A program made the translations under genes and the position numbers. 64,000 bases of DNA from NCBI GenBank assembly GCA_051530055.1, contig CM121341.1, positions 3,462,151-3,526,150 on the forward strand. Direction: 5' to 3'. The notes beneath the pieces were generated by a model. The model searched no databases and was not told the DNA's origin. It saw only the letters and a program-made list of their open reading frames with translations. The first letter of the stretch is position 1, and the number at the start of each line of letters is the position of its first letter. The DNA comes from Neoechinorhynchus agilis (lineage: Eukaryota; Animalia; Acanthocephala). Positions 33,511-44,900 of the stretch are shown in pieces.

Positions 33511-34300
33511 GAGTATTAACTGAAGTATCGATACTTTCAAAAAAGTTCTTTGTCTTTGAGCCGGCTGAGAATTTTGTTATTGAGTTAAAACTGAAAGATT
33601 TTATGTATTCAAGCGAGAATGGTTTCGTCGTGACTTTAAACAATTAATTGATAAATATATATTTCGGATAACTTACAAAGAAATAACTGGCATATCTTAA
33701 TAAAGTGAATGCTGAAATAACATTCGCACTAAGTTAAATTATTCTTTACTTCAAAAAATACACCATTTTGTTGTCTGGGCGATGCTTGATAATTCCAGTT
33801 GATATATTTAGAAATGTTATTTTTACTGGCATCTTCCCTAGGTTTGAAAGTATCAATCACAAGTCATTTTGTAAAGGAGTGTAAAACATTTGTGTAGATT
33901 ACAAACTGCAATGTAATTATTGAAATATTTACCGCTCGGCAATTTATAATAAAATTAAAATAATTCGAATTGAGAAAAAGAATTTGTGGGAATGTGATAA
34001 TGTAAAAAAGTTTTAGGAATAAAGCAATGGTCCTAAGATAAACCTTTGTTTTCCTATCGAACTTTCAAATGTACGGTTGGAGACGATAAGTTTGAATTTC
34101 AACTTTTTGAACCTTTTTTAATCCCAGGTAAGTCGCATTGAAACGTTAATATCCGCGAATTTTTAAGGTTCGAAAATACTTAAAATTAGCACAGTTTTAT
34201 TTGAAGTGAAAATGCTTTTAATAACTTCGCTGATTCCTTTGGCGATTCCTAGCAATCTAATCTGTAAAATAAATGAGATTGGTTTAGACTGTGAAAGATA
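33511..34300 (+). pseudogene. eroded continuation of the LRR gene (further LRRs, LRR-CT cap)
   Basis: After the stop the same frame reads LSLSRLRILLLS*N; at 33981 another frame gives IKIIRIEKKNLWECDN, resembling LxxLxLxxNPWxCxC. Multiple stops and frameshifts. Confidence 0.45.
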
Positions 34301-34589
34301 GGCGAGCAATTTACGAAGCGAAACGTCAAACTTTCATGGTCCACGCTTATTAAGGACTTTAAATTTTAAAAATAATGACACGAGAAAACGAATAAATACT
34401 TCAAGATTGTTTGTTAAAGGTAATTGAACGGATCTTATACTGTTAAGTCAGTTGAGTAAAATTGGTAGAAAGTTGAATTACAAAATATACGGCGTTCTTA
34501 ATCATTTGCTTTTTAAGAATAACGTCACGACCAAAATCTCGATACTTTTTAGTAAATTATTTTAAATTTCGCAAGCAAATGTCGATAAA

Positions 34590-34950
34590 TCAGGCAAGGA
34601 GACTCCTAAATGGGGGAAGCGTTCGACGAGATAAACTTTAAAGGCATTGCGTTTGAGGGAGAGAGTGATGTCCGAGTCCTATTTCAGATTTGATTGAAAA
34701 TGGACACAAAGAATTTCCAAGGGAGGTGACTCGTAGGATGTCATATAGAAGCTCGGGAGAGGGTGTGGGCTTGCGGGATAATTTCGAAGCAATTAGGGAA
34801 ATTCAGGTGGGGTTTGTGATTGGTGGTCGACATATAATAAAAGTTTAGAATGTGGTGAGAGAGGTTTAAATTCGTTGGAGAAAATATTAAAAAGAAGTGG
34901 CGACAAGCCGGCACCTTTAGCGACGCCATTGGTGAGGGATTCGATGATCG
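34590..34950 (-). mobile_element. CR1/L2-group LINE RT fragment
   Basis: Homologous to 30830-31030 (GGTGACTCGTAGGATGTCAT, GGATAATTTCGAAGCA, GAAATTCAGGTGGGGTTTGT). Confidence 0.7.
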
Positions 34951-35187
34951 AGGAGGGTAATCGGCCCTGAATGTATTATTGCTAATTTTAAAGATAAGAT
35001 TAGAGCCAGTGGATCTACCCCGCGTTTATACCGAAAACAGAACAAACCTAGAAGAGTAGTGAATGGTCTACGGAACGTCCTTTTCAGTCGCGATCATTTA
35101 GAAGCACTTCAATTTTAAAAGTGTAAAACATTCAAATTAAGTGGTTAAAAAAGTTCATTTGTGGCCTTTTTCACGGCTGATAATTTT

Positions 35188-35460
35188 TCCTTGGGCACAC
35201 GGCCCACCGATCTGATCCAGAGAAGCGCATTAAATCACGCTTAATATCCTGAACCACACGGTCATGAGTTTGTAAATTCCTGCGGATCCACAGATACCAC
35301 CTGAAGGCGGGACTCCCTTCATCAAGGTATTTCGTCCCCTTTGGTTGTGCGTCATTGACGGTAACGGATTTGGACCAGTTGATCCGTAACTTGGATCACG
35401 GGCATTAGTCCACTTTACCACCTCAGCACGAGTACGGAATGTACAAACTCTGCCAGTTTT
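35188..35460 (-). repeat. dispersed ~290-bp repeat, copy 2
   Basis: Reverse-complement homolog of 1444-1735. Confidence 0.75.
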
Positions 35461-36427
35461 GATGCCCAATGAAAAACCATCAACCATTTTAAAAAGGCCA
35501 CAAATAGATTGATGCAAAAAGTTACCGGTTGACCAGACTTCAAAGTTACGAGGTGCAATTATTTCTTTCGTTTTTATACCGCGTATTTAAGATTTCCGAA
35601 GGAAACGTTGCAAGTTATTGTATTGATCTGTTAATAGAAATCTCGATCAATTATCAATAAAAATGAACAAATATCCACAAATTCTTTGATTAATCTTTAA
35701 TGGTCAAAAGGGAACTATTTCTTCCAGAATGGTGACGTCATTTGTGGGAATTACTTTTATGGATGTTGTTGTTTGTTTGTTTAGGTTCGCACTTATGAAT
35801 GTTTATTTTTTAAGGCGGTATGCGATTTTCAAAAGACAACAAAATAAGTCGTCGATCGCCATTATCGTTTATCACTTCGGATTAGTCATGGTTTTTCGTC
35901 TATGTGTTCTTAAATAATGGGTCAAATCAATTTTATTCAATGTATTGATTTCCACCAGAAAAAATGAGAAAATTAATTCCCAAAACTCTTGGGTGGCCAC
36001 AAATATTAATGGTCCATAGAAAAACTAGAAGCTGAGATGACGCTGAGACTCGAATTTGCAGCGGACACTGGACTACTATTCCGTAGGGTTCCGTCGTTTT
36101 GTAACCATTGATTCTGGATCACAGTTGAAGACTTTTGCCAGTGTCCTTTTTGCCTAGTAATGTTCACGGTTCCAAACCGACTTATAAGGCAATCGTAGCC
36201 TCGAAAGGATGAAGTTCCTTATCCAGCGATCCGAAATATTTTTATTCCCCAAAAACCGAGGAACATAGCTCTTTAATTTTTAAATTGAATTTTGGACAAG
36301 ATTGTTTTAAGTTCATCCTTTATTGAAGACTTTTCTCTACCAAGATGCGGTTATTATTGAAAGATCGACTTCCACGTCTCCTTTTCCTTGTCAAATCAGT
36401 AAGTTAATTCACTTTTCGCCATTAAAG

Positions 36428-39400
36428 ATGTCTCGCGATTTGGAAGTTATTCAGAAATTGATGATGCACGTTGAAAATGAAGGAAACTTGAATAAGTTTC
36501 TAGGTCCATACACAACCACTGCGGATTCAAAAGCAAGACAAATGTTGTCAATGATATTGAAATTTCAAAAGGACAAATATTCAATACTGCTTGCCCGTGT
36601 AGTTCATTTCCTTATCCATGATTATATCCGAGATCAACAGAGGTTTCAAGGTGGAGCTTGCCTTGAATTGAATATCGTTTCAAAAGTCTTAGTGGATGCA
36701 ATAGCCTTTGCGAACGATTCATGTTGCTGTAAAATTCTATCCGAAGTATCTTTCATAAAATCCCTCGTTAATCACAAGTTTATGGCTCAATGTGACTATG
36801 AAAAAGCTGTGAAGTTTTTGTTCAACTCAGGAAACTTGTGTCCGCAATTGAATCCAAAAACACTGGATCCATTGGTTTGTGTGCTCATCACGAATGAGTG
36901 TCTCGATAGAGACATGGTGACCAGCGCAAAATTTTTCCAAAGTCAAACTCCACTTGATATTCCGTTATACCAGCGAAATCAAGAACGAATTCAACTCTTG
37001 GACGGGAAAGCAACCCTGCTCACGATGGCTAATATGTCCAGTTTTGGAATGTTTGAAGCAATAATCAGTCAAGCTATGTCTCTAGTTCATCTCAAAGTAC
37101 TCCTTCTTCAGTTTTTACCTGAGGCAAAACTGACACCGTATCAAAATTATCTTGTAAAACTGTTTCTAGACACTCTTGACAATGATTCGGTCGAAGATTG
37201 CAGTGATCTTTGTGTTCATCAGCTCCGGATGATGGCGTGGGGATCTCGCTTCAGTTCTAAAAAGGGTGAAATGCGAGTTAAAATCATAGAAGCTTACAAG
37301 AATTCAATGAAATTCAGTCATGAACCTTTAAGTCTACTTGGCTTTATTGCTCTTGATGACGTTTTTATTGATCAAAGTGACAGACAAATACTTTTAAGAC
37401 GAGCGTACGATATGTTTTCAAAAGCGCTCAAACGAAATCCTAATTCTTTAATTGCTCAGATGGGTATGGCACGAACACTTGCGCAAACCAGTCATTACCA
37501 AGAAGCCATTAAAATTCTGAATGAAGTCTTGAACCGTGGAGCTGAACTCTGTCGTGATTGGTTTAAAATGGACAAGAATATTTCTCAGGATGATCGAAAC
37601 GCTGCAAATATTTCGGCTCTATTGAATCCCCAGTGTCATTTACGTGCTGAACGTAAACTTATTTTAGATCTAGAAAACGCAACCGATCATAATCGAGTTT
37701 CTCTCACACAAATTCTATATGATTCCGCAAGGAGTTGTGATCTATGCCAGCGCCGATACTTGGTAGAACTGCGAAGAGCCAAGGAATTCCAGGTTGCGAT
37801 TAACGTTTGCGACCAAATCGATTCTTTTGGACCCTTTCGTATTCGTCCACCTGTTGAGGTTCGTCCACATGTTCGTATTCGTCCACCTGTTCGGGTTCGT
37901 CCAACTGTTTTTATTCATAGACCTGTTCGTATTCATGCACCTCTTCGTATTTGTCAACCTGTCCGGGTTCGTCAATCTGATCGTATTCGTCCACCTGTTC
38001 GTATTCGTCCACCATTTCGGGTTCGTCCACCTGTTCGTATTCGTCCACCTGTTCGTATTCGTCCACCTGTTCGTATTCGTCCACCTGTTCGGGTTCGTCC
38101 ACCTGTTCGGGTTCGTCCACATGTTCGTATTCGTCCACCTGTTCGGGTTCGTCCACCTGTTCTTATTCATAGACCTGTTCGTATTCATGCACCTCTTCGT
38201 ATTTGTCAACCTGTCCGGGTTCGTCAATCTGATCGTATTCGTCCACCTGTTCGTATTCGTCCACCTGTTCGGGTTCGTCCACCTGTTCGGGTTCGTCCAC
38301 CTGTTCGTATTCGTCCACCTGTTCCGGTTCGTCAATCTGATCGTATTCATCGACCCTTTCGTATTCGTCCACCTGTTGAGGTTCGTCCACATGTTCGTAT
38401 TCGTCCACCTGTTCGGGTTCGTCCAACTGTTTTTATTCATAGACCTGTTCGTATTCATGCACCTCTTCGTATTTGTCAACCTGTCCGGGTTCGTCAATCT
38501 GATCGTATTCGTCCACCTGTTCGTATTCGTCCACCATTTCGGGTTCGTCCACCTGTTCGTATTCGTCCACCTGTTCCGGTTCGTCAATCTGATCGTATTC
38601 ATCGACCCTTTCGTATTCGTCCACCTGTTGAGGTTCGTCCACCTGTTCGTATTCGTCCACCAGTTCGGGTTCGTCCACCTGTTCGTATTCGTCCACCTGT
38701 TCCGGTTCGTCAATCTGATCGTATTCATCGACCCTTTCGTATTCGTCCACCTGTTGAGGTTCGTCCACATGTTCGCATTCGTCCACCTGTTCGGGTTCGT
38801 CCAACTGTTTTTATTCATAGACCTGTTCGTATTCATGCACCTCTTCGTATTTGTCAACCTGTCCGGGTTCGTCAATCTGATCGTATTCGTCCACCTGTTC
38901 GTATTCGTCCACCATTTCGGGTTCGTCCACCTGTTCCGGTTCGTCAATCTGATCGTATTCATCGACCCTTTCGTATTCGTCCACCTGTTGAGGTTCGTCC
39001 ACATGTTCGTATTCGTCCACCTGTTCGGGTTCGTCCAACTGTTTTTATTCATAGACCTGTTCGTATTCATGCACCTCTTCGTATTTGTCAACCTGTCCGG
39101 TTCGTCAATCGATGTATTCGTCCACATTCGTATTCTCCACCAGTTCGGGTTCGTCCACCTGTTCGGGTTCGTCCACCTGTTCGTATTCGTCCACCTGTTC
39201 CGGTTCGTCAATCTGATCGTATTCATCGACCCTTTCGTATTCGTCCACCTGTTGAGGTTCGTCCACATGTTCGTATTCGTCCACCTGTTCGGGTTCGTCC
39301 AACTGTTTTTATTCATAGACCTGTTCGTATTCATGCACCTCTTCGCATTTGTCAACCTGTCCGGGTTCGTCCACCTGTTGGGGTTCGTCAATCTGATCGT

Positions 39401-41998
39401 ATTCGTCCACCTGCTCGAATTTGTCCACCTGTCCGGGTTCGTCAATCTGATCGTATTCGTCCACATGTTCGTGTTAGTCCACCTGTTCGGGTTCGTCAAT
39501 CTGAACGTATTCGTCAACCTGTTCGAATTTGTCCACCTGTTCGGGTTCGTCCACCTGTTCTTATTCATAGAACTGTTCGTATTCATGCACCTCTTCGTAT
39601 TTGTCCACCTGTCCGGGTTCGTCAATCTGATCGTATTCGTCCACCTGTTCGAATTTGTCCACCTGTTCGGGTTCGTCCAACTGTTTTTATTCATAGACCT
39701 GTTCGTATTCATGCACCTCTTCGTATTTGTCCACCTGACCGGGTTCGTCAATCTGATCGTATTCATGCACCTCTTCGTATTTGTCCACCTGTCCGGGTTC
39801 GTCAATCTGATCGTATTCGTCCACCTGTTAGAATTTGTCTACCTGTTCGGGTTCGTCGACCCTTTCGTATTCGTCCACCTGTTGAGGTTCGTCCACAAGT
39901 TCGTATTCGTCCACCTGATCGTATTCGTCCACCTCTTCGTATTTGTCCATCTGTTCCGTTTCGTCATTCTGATCGTACTCATCGACCCTTTCGTATTCGT
40001 CCACCTGTTCGTATTCGTCCACCTGTTCCGGTTCGTCGATTTGATCGTATTCATCGACCCTTTCGTATTCGTCCACCTGTTCGTGTTAGTCCACCTGTTC
40101 CGGTTCGTCAATCTGATCGTATTCATCGACCCTTTAGTATTCGTCCACCTGTTCGTATTCGTCCACCTGTTCTTATTCGTCCACCTGTTGAGGATCGTCC
40201 ACATGTTCGTATTCGTCCACCTTGTCGGGTTCGTCAATCTGATCGTATTCGTCCACATGTTCGTATTCTTCCACCTGTTCGGGTTCGTCCACCTGTTCGT
40301 GTTAGTCCACCTGTTCCGGTTCGTCAATCTGATCGCATTCATCGACCCTTTCGTATTCGTCCACCTGTTCGTATTCGTCCACCTGTTGAGGATCGTCCAC
40401 ATGTTCGTATTCGTCCACCACTTCGGGTTTGTCAATCTGATCGTATTCGTCCACATGTTCGTATTCTTCCACCTGTTCGGGTTCGTCCACATGTTCGTGT
40501 TAGTCCACCTGTTCCGGTTCATCAATCTGATCGTATTCATCGACCCTTTAGTATTCGGCCACCTGTTCGTATTCGTCCCCCTGTTCTTATTCGTCCACCT
40601 GTTGAGGATCGTCCACATGTTCGTATTCGTCCACCTTGTCGGGTTCGTCAATCTGATCGTATTCGTCCACATGTTCGTATTCTTCCACATGTTCGTATTC
40701 TTCCACCTGTTCGGGTTCGTCCACCTGTTCGTGTTAGTCCACCTGTTCCGGTTCATCAATCTGATCGTATTCATCGACCCTTTCGTATTCGTCCACCTGT
40801 TCGTATTCGTCCACCTGTTCTTATTCGTCCACCTGTTCTGTTCTTATTCGTTCACCTGTTCTTATTCGTCCACCTGTTGAGGATCGTCCACATGTTCGTA
40901 TTCGTCCACCTCTTCGGGTTCGTAAATCTGATCGTATTCGTCCACATGTTCGTATTCTTCCACCTGTTCGGGTTCGTCCACATGTTCGTGTTAGTCCACC
41001 TGTTCGGGTTCGTCAATCTGATCGTATTCATCGACCCTTTCGTATTCGTCCACCTATCCGTGTTCGTCCACAGTTTCGCGTTCATCCACCTGTTCGGGTT
41101 CGTCAATCTGATCGTATACGTCCACATGTTCGTATTCGTCCACCTGTTCGTATTCATGTACATTTTCGTATTCGTGTACCTTTTCGTATTAATCCACCTG
41201 ATCTTATTCGTCCACCTGTTCGGGTTCGTCAATCTGATCGTATTCGTCCACCTGTTCGAATTTTTCCACCTGTTCGGGTTCGACAATCTGATCGTATTCG
41301 TCCACCTGTTCGAATTTGTCCACCTGTTCGGGTTCGTCCACCTGTTCTTATTCATAGACCTGTTCGTATTCATGCACCTCTTCGTATTTGTCCACCTGTC
41401 CGGGTTCGTCAACCTGATCGTATTCGTCCACCTGTTCGAATTTGTCCACCTGTTCGGGTTCGTCCAACTGTTTTTATTCATAGACCTGTTCGTATTCATG
41501 CACCTCTTCGTATTTGTCCACCTGACCGGGTTCGTCAATCTGATCGTATTCATGCACCTCTTCGTATTTGTCCACCTGTCCGGGTTCGTCAATCTGATCG
41601 TATTCGTCCACCTGTTAGAATTTGTCTACCTGTTCGGGTTCGTCCACCTGTTCGGGTTCGTCGACCCTTTCGTATTCGTCCACCTGTTGAGGTTCGTCCA
41701 CAAGTTCGTATTCGTCCACCTGATCGTATTCGTCCACCTCTTCGTATTTGTCCATCTGTTCCTTTTCGTCATTCTGATCGTACTCATCGACCCTTTCGTA
41801 TTCGTCCACCTGTTCGTATTCGTCCACCTGTTCCGGTTCGTCGATTTGATCGTATTCATCGACCCTTTCGTATTCGTCCACCTGTTCGTGTTAGTCCACC
41901 TGTTCCGGTTCGTCAATCTGATCGTATTCATCGACCCTTTAGTATTCGTCCACCTGTTCGTATTCGTCCACCTGTTCGTATTCGTCCACCTGTTCTGA
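36428..41998 (+). CDS. TPR-containing alpha-helical protein (unique part 36428-~37830) whose ORF continues into the 18-bp array; true 3' end unknown
   Basis: About 470 aa of non-repetitive sequence with a clear TPR pair (AYDMFSKALKRNPNSLIAQMGMARTLAQTSHYQEAIKILNEVL) and no stop before the array. The ATG at 36428 is preferred over the upstream TTG. Confidence 0.65.
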   Translation: MSRDLEVIQKLMMHVENEGNLNKFLGPYTTTADSKARQMLSMILKFQKDKYSILLARVVHFLIHDYIRDQQRFQGGACLELNIVSKVLVDAIAFANDSCCCKILSEVSFIKSLVNHKFMAQCDYEKAVKFLFNSGNLCPQLNPKTLDPLVCVLITNECLDRDMVTSAKFFQSQTPLDIPLYQRNQERIQLLDGKATLLTMANMSSFGMFEAIISQAMSLVHLKVLLLQFLPEAKLTPYQNYLVKLFLDTLDNDSVEDCSDLCVHQLRMMAWGSRFSSKKGEMRVKIIEAYKNSMKFSHEPLSLLGFIALDDVFIDQSDRQILLRRAYDMFSKALKRNPNSLIAQMGMARTLAQTSHYQEAIKILNEVLNRGAELCRDWFKMDKNISQDDRNAANISALLNPQCHLRAERKLILDLENATDHNRVSLTQILYDSARSCDLCQRRYLVELRRAKEFQVAINVCDQIDSFGPFRIRPPVEVRPHVRIRPPVRVRPTVFIHRPVRIHAPLRICQPVRVRQSDRIRPPVRIRPPFRVRPPVRIRPPVRIRPPVRIRPPVRVRPPVRVRPHVRIRPPVRVRPPVLIHRPVRIHAPLRICQPVRVRQSDRIRPPVRIRPPVRVRPPVRVRPPVRIRPPVPVRQSDRIHRPFRIRPPVEVRPHVRIRPPVRVRPTVFIHRPVRIHAPLRICQPVRVRQSDRIRPPVRIRPPFRVRPPVRIRPPVPVRQSDRIHRPFRIRPPVEVRPPVRIRPPVRVRPPVRIRPPVPVRQSDRIHRPFRIRPPVEVRPHVRIRPPVRVRPTVFIHRPVRIHAPLRICQPVRVRQSDRIRPPVRIRPPFRVRPPVPVRQSDRIHRPFRIRPPVEVRPHVRIRPPVRVRPTVFIHRPVRIHAPLRICQPVRFVNRCIRPHSYSPPVRVRPPVRVRPPVRIRPPVPVRQSDRIHRPFRIRPPVEVRPHVRIRPPVRVRPTVFIHRPVRIHAPLRICQPVRVRPPVGVRQSDRIRPPARICPPVRVRQSDRIRPHVRVSPPVRVRQSERIRQPVRICPPVRVRPPVLIHRTVRIHAPLRICPPVRVRQSDRIRPPVRICPPVRVRPTVFIHRPVRIHAPLRICPPDRVRQSDRIHAPLRICPPVRVRQSDRIRPPVRICLPVRVRRPFRIRPPVEVRPQVRIRPPDRIRPPLRICPSVPFRHSDRTHRPFRIRPPVRIRPPVPVRRFDRIHRPFRIRPPVRVSPPVPVRQSDRIHRPFSIRPPVRIRPPVLIRPPVEDRPHVRIRPPCRVRQSDRIRPHVRILPPVRVRPPVRVSPPVPVRQSDRIHRPFRIRPPVRIRPPVEDRPHVRIRPPLRVCQSDRIRPHVRILPPVRVRPHVRVSPPVPVHQSDRIHRPFSIRPPVRIRPPVLIRPPVEDRPHVRIRPPCRVRQSDRIRPHVRILPHVRILPPVRVRPPVRVSPPVPVHQSDRIHRPFRIRPPVRIRPPVLIRPPVLFLFVHLFLFVHLLRIVHMFVFVHLFGFVNLIVFVHMFVFFHLFGFVHMFVLVHLFGFVNLIVFIDPFVFVHLSVFVHSFAFIHLFGFVNLIVYVHMFVFVHLFVFMYIFVFVYLFVLIHLILFVHLFGFVNLIVFVHLFEFFHLFGFDNLIVFVHLFEFVHLFGFVHLFLFIDLFVFMHLFVFVHLSGFVNLIVFVHLFEFVHLFGFVQLFLFIDLFVFMHLFVFVHLTGFVNLIVFMHLFVFVHLSGFVNLIVFVHLLEFVYLFGFVHLFGFVDPFVFVHLLRFVHKFVFVHLIVFVHLFVFVHLFLFVILIVLIDPFVFVHLFVFVHLFRFVDLIVFIDPFVFVHLFVLVHLFRFVNLIVFIDPLVFVHLFVFVHLFVFVHLF

Positions 41999-44900
41999 TC
42001 GTTTCTCCACATGTTCGTATTCGTCCACCTTGTCGGGTTCGTCAATCTGATCGTATTCGTCCACATGTTCGTATTCTTCCACCTGTTCGGGTTCGTCCAC
42101 CTGTTCGTGTTAGTCCACCTGTTCCGGTTCGTCAATCTGATCGCATTCATCGACCCTTTCGTATTCGTCCACCTGTTCGTATTCGTCCACCTGTTGAGGA
42201 TCGTCCACATGTTCGTATTCGTCCACCACTTCGGGTTTGTCAATCTGATCGTATTCGTCCACATGTTCGTATTCTTCCACCTGTTCGGGTTCGTCCACAT
42301 GTTCGTGTTAGTCCACCTGTTCCGGTTCATCAATCTGATCGTATTCATCGACCCTTTAGTATTCGGCCACCTGTTCGTATTCGTCCCCCTGTTCTTATTC
42401 GTCCACCTGTTGAGGATCGTCCACATGTTCGTATTCGTCCACCTGTTGGGTTCGTCAATCTGATCGTATTCGTCCACATGTTCGTATTCTTCCACCTGTT
42501 CGGGTTCGTCCACCTGTTCGTGTTAGTCCACCTGTTCCGGTTCATCAATCTGATCGTATTCATCGACCCTTTCGTATTCGTCCACCTGTTCGTATTCGTC
42601 CACCTGTTCTGTTCTTATTCGTTCACCTGTTCTTATTCGTCCACCTGTTGAGGATCGTCCACATGTTCGTATTCGTCCACCTCTTCGGGTTCGTAAATCT
42701 GATCGTATTCGTCCACATGTTCGTATTCTTCCACCTGTTCGGGTTCGTCCACATGTTCGTGTTAGTCCACCTGTTCGGGTTCGTCAATCTGATCGTATTC
42801 ATCGACCCTTTCGTATTCGTCCACCTATCCGTGTTCGTCCACAGTTTCGCGTTCATCCACCTGTTCGGGTTCGTCAATCTGATCGTATACGTCCACATGT
42901 TCGTATTCGTCCACCTGTTCGTATTCATGTACATTTTCGTATTCGTGTACCTTTTCGTATTAATCCACCTGATCTTATTCGTCCACCTGTTCGGGTTCGT
43001 CAATCTGATCGTATTCGTCCACCTGTTCGAATTTTTCCGCCTGTTCGGGTTCGACAATCTGATCGTATTCGTCCACCTGTTCGTATTTGTCCACCTGTCC
43101 GGGTTCGTCCACCTGTTCTTATTTATATACCTGTTTGTATTGATGCACCTGTTCGTGTTAGTCACCTGTTCCGATTCGTCAATCTGATCGTATTCATCGA
43201 CCCTTTCGTATTCGTCCACTTGTTCGTATTCGTACACCTGTTCAGGTTCGTACACATATTCGTGTTCGTCCACCTCTCCAGATTAGTCATTCTGATCGTA
43301 TTCATCGACCTGTTCCTATTCGTCCACCTGTCCGTGTTCGTTCACGTGTTCGAATTAATTCACCTGTTCGAATTAATTCACCTGTTCGTATTCGTCCACC
43401 TGTTCGGGGTCGTCAATCTGATCGTATTCGTCCACCTGTTCGAATTTGTCCACCTGTTCGGGTTCGTCCACCTGTTTTTATTCATAGACCTGTTCGTATT
43501 CATGCACCTCTTCGTATTTGTCCACCTGACCGGGTTCATCAATCTGATCGTATTCATGCACATCTTCGTATTTGTCCACCTGTCCGGGTTCGTCAATCTG
43601 ATCGTATTCGTCCACCTGTTAGAATTTGTCTACCTGTTGGGTTCGTCCACCTGTTCGGGTTCGTCGACCCTTTCGTATTCGTCCACCTGTTGAGGTTCGT
43701 CCACAAGTTCGTATTCGTCCACCTGATCGTATTCGTCCACCTCTTCGTATTTGTCCACCTGTTCCGTTTCGTCATTCTGATCGTACTCATCGACCCTTTC
43801 GTATTCGTCCACCTGTTCGTATTCGTCCACCTGTTCCGTTTCGTCGATTTGATCGTATTCATCGACCCTTTCGTATTCGTCCACCTGTTCGTGTTTGTCC
43901 ACCTGTTCCGGTTCGTCAATCTGATCGTATTCATCGACCCTTTAGTATTCGTCAACCTGTTCGTATTCGTCCACCTGTTCTTATTCGTCCACCTGTTGAG
44001 GATCGTCCACATGTTCGTATTCGTCCACCTTGTCGGGTTCGTCAATCTGATCGTATTCGTCCACATGTTCGCATTCTTCCACCTGTTCGGGTTCGTCCAC
44101 CTGTTCCGGTTCGTCAATGTGATCGCATTCATCGACCCTTTCGTATTCGTCCACCTGTTCGTATTCGTCCACTATTTCGAGTTCGTCCACCTGTTCGGGT
44201 TCGTCCACCTGTTCGTATTCGTCCACCTGTTCCGGTTCGTCAATCTGATCGTATTCATCGACCCTTTCGTATTCGTCCACCTGTTGAGGTTCGTCCACAT
44301 GTTCGTATTCGTCCAACTGTTCGGGTTCGTCCAACTGTTTTTATTCATAGACCTGTTCGTATTCATGCACCTCTTCGTATTTGTCAACCTGTCCGGGTTC
44401 GTCAATCTGATCGTATTCGTCCACCTGTTCGTATTCGTCCACCAGTTCGGGTTCGTCCACCTGTTCGGGTTCGTCCACCTGTTCGTATTCGTCCACCTGT
44501 TCCGGTTCGTCAATCTGATCGTATTCATCGACCCTTTCGTATTCGTCCACCTGTTGAGGTTCGTCCACATGTTCGTATTCGTCCACCTGTTCGGGTTCGT
44601 CCAACTGTTTTTATTCATAGACCTGTTCGTATTCATGCACCTCTTCGCATTTGTCAACCTGTCCGGGTTCGTCCACCTGTTGGGGTTCGTCAATCTGATC
44701 GTATTCGTCCACCTGCTCGAATTTGTCCACCTGTCCGGGTTCGTCAATCTGATCGTATTCGTCCACCTGTTCGTGTTAGTCCACCTCTTCCGGTTCGTCA
44801 ATCTGATCGTATTCATCGACCCTTTCGTATTCGTCCACCTGTTCTTATTCGTCCACCTGTTCTTATTCGTCCACCTGTTCTTATTCGTCCACCTGTTCTT

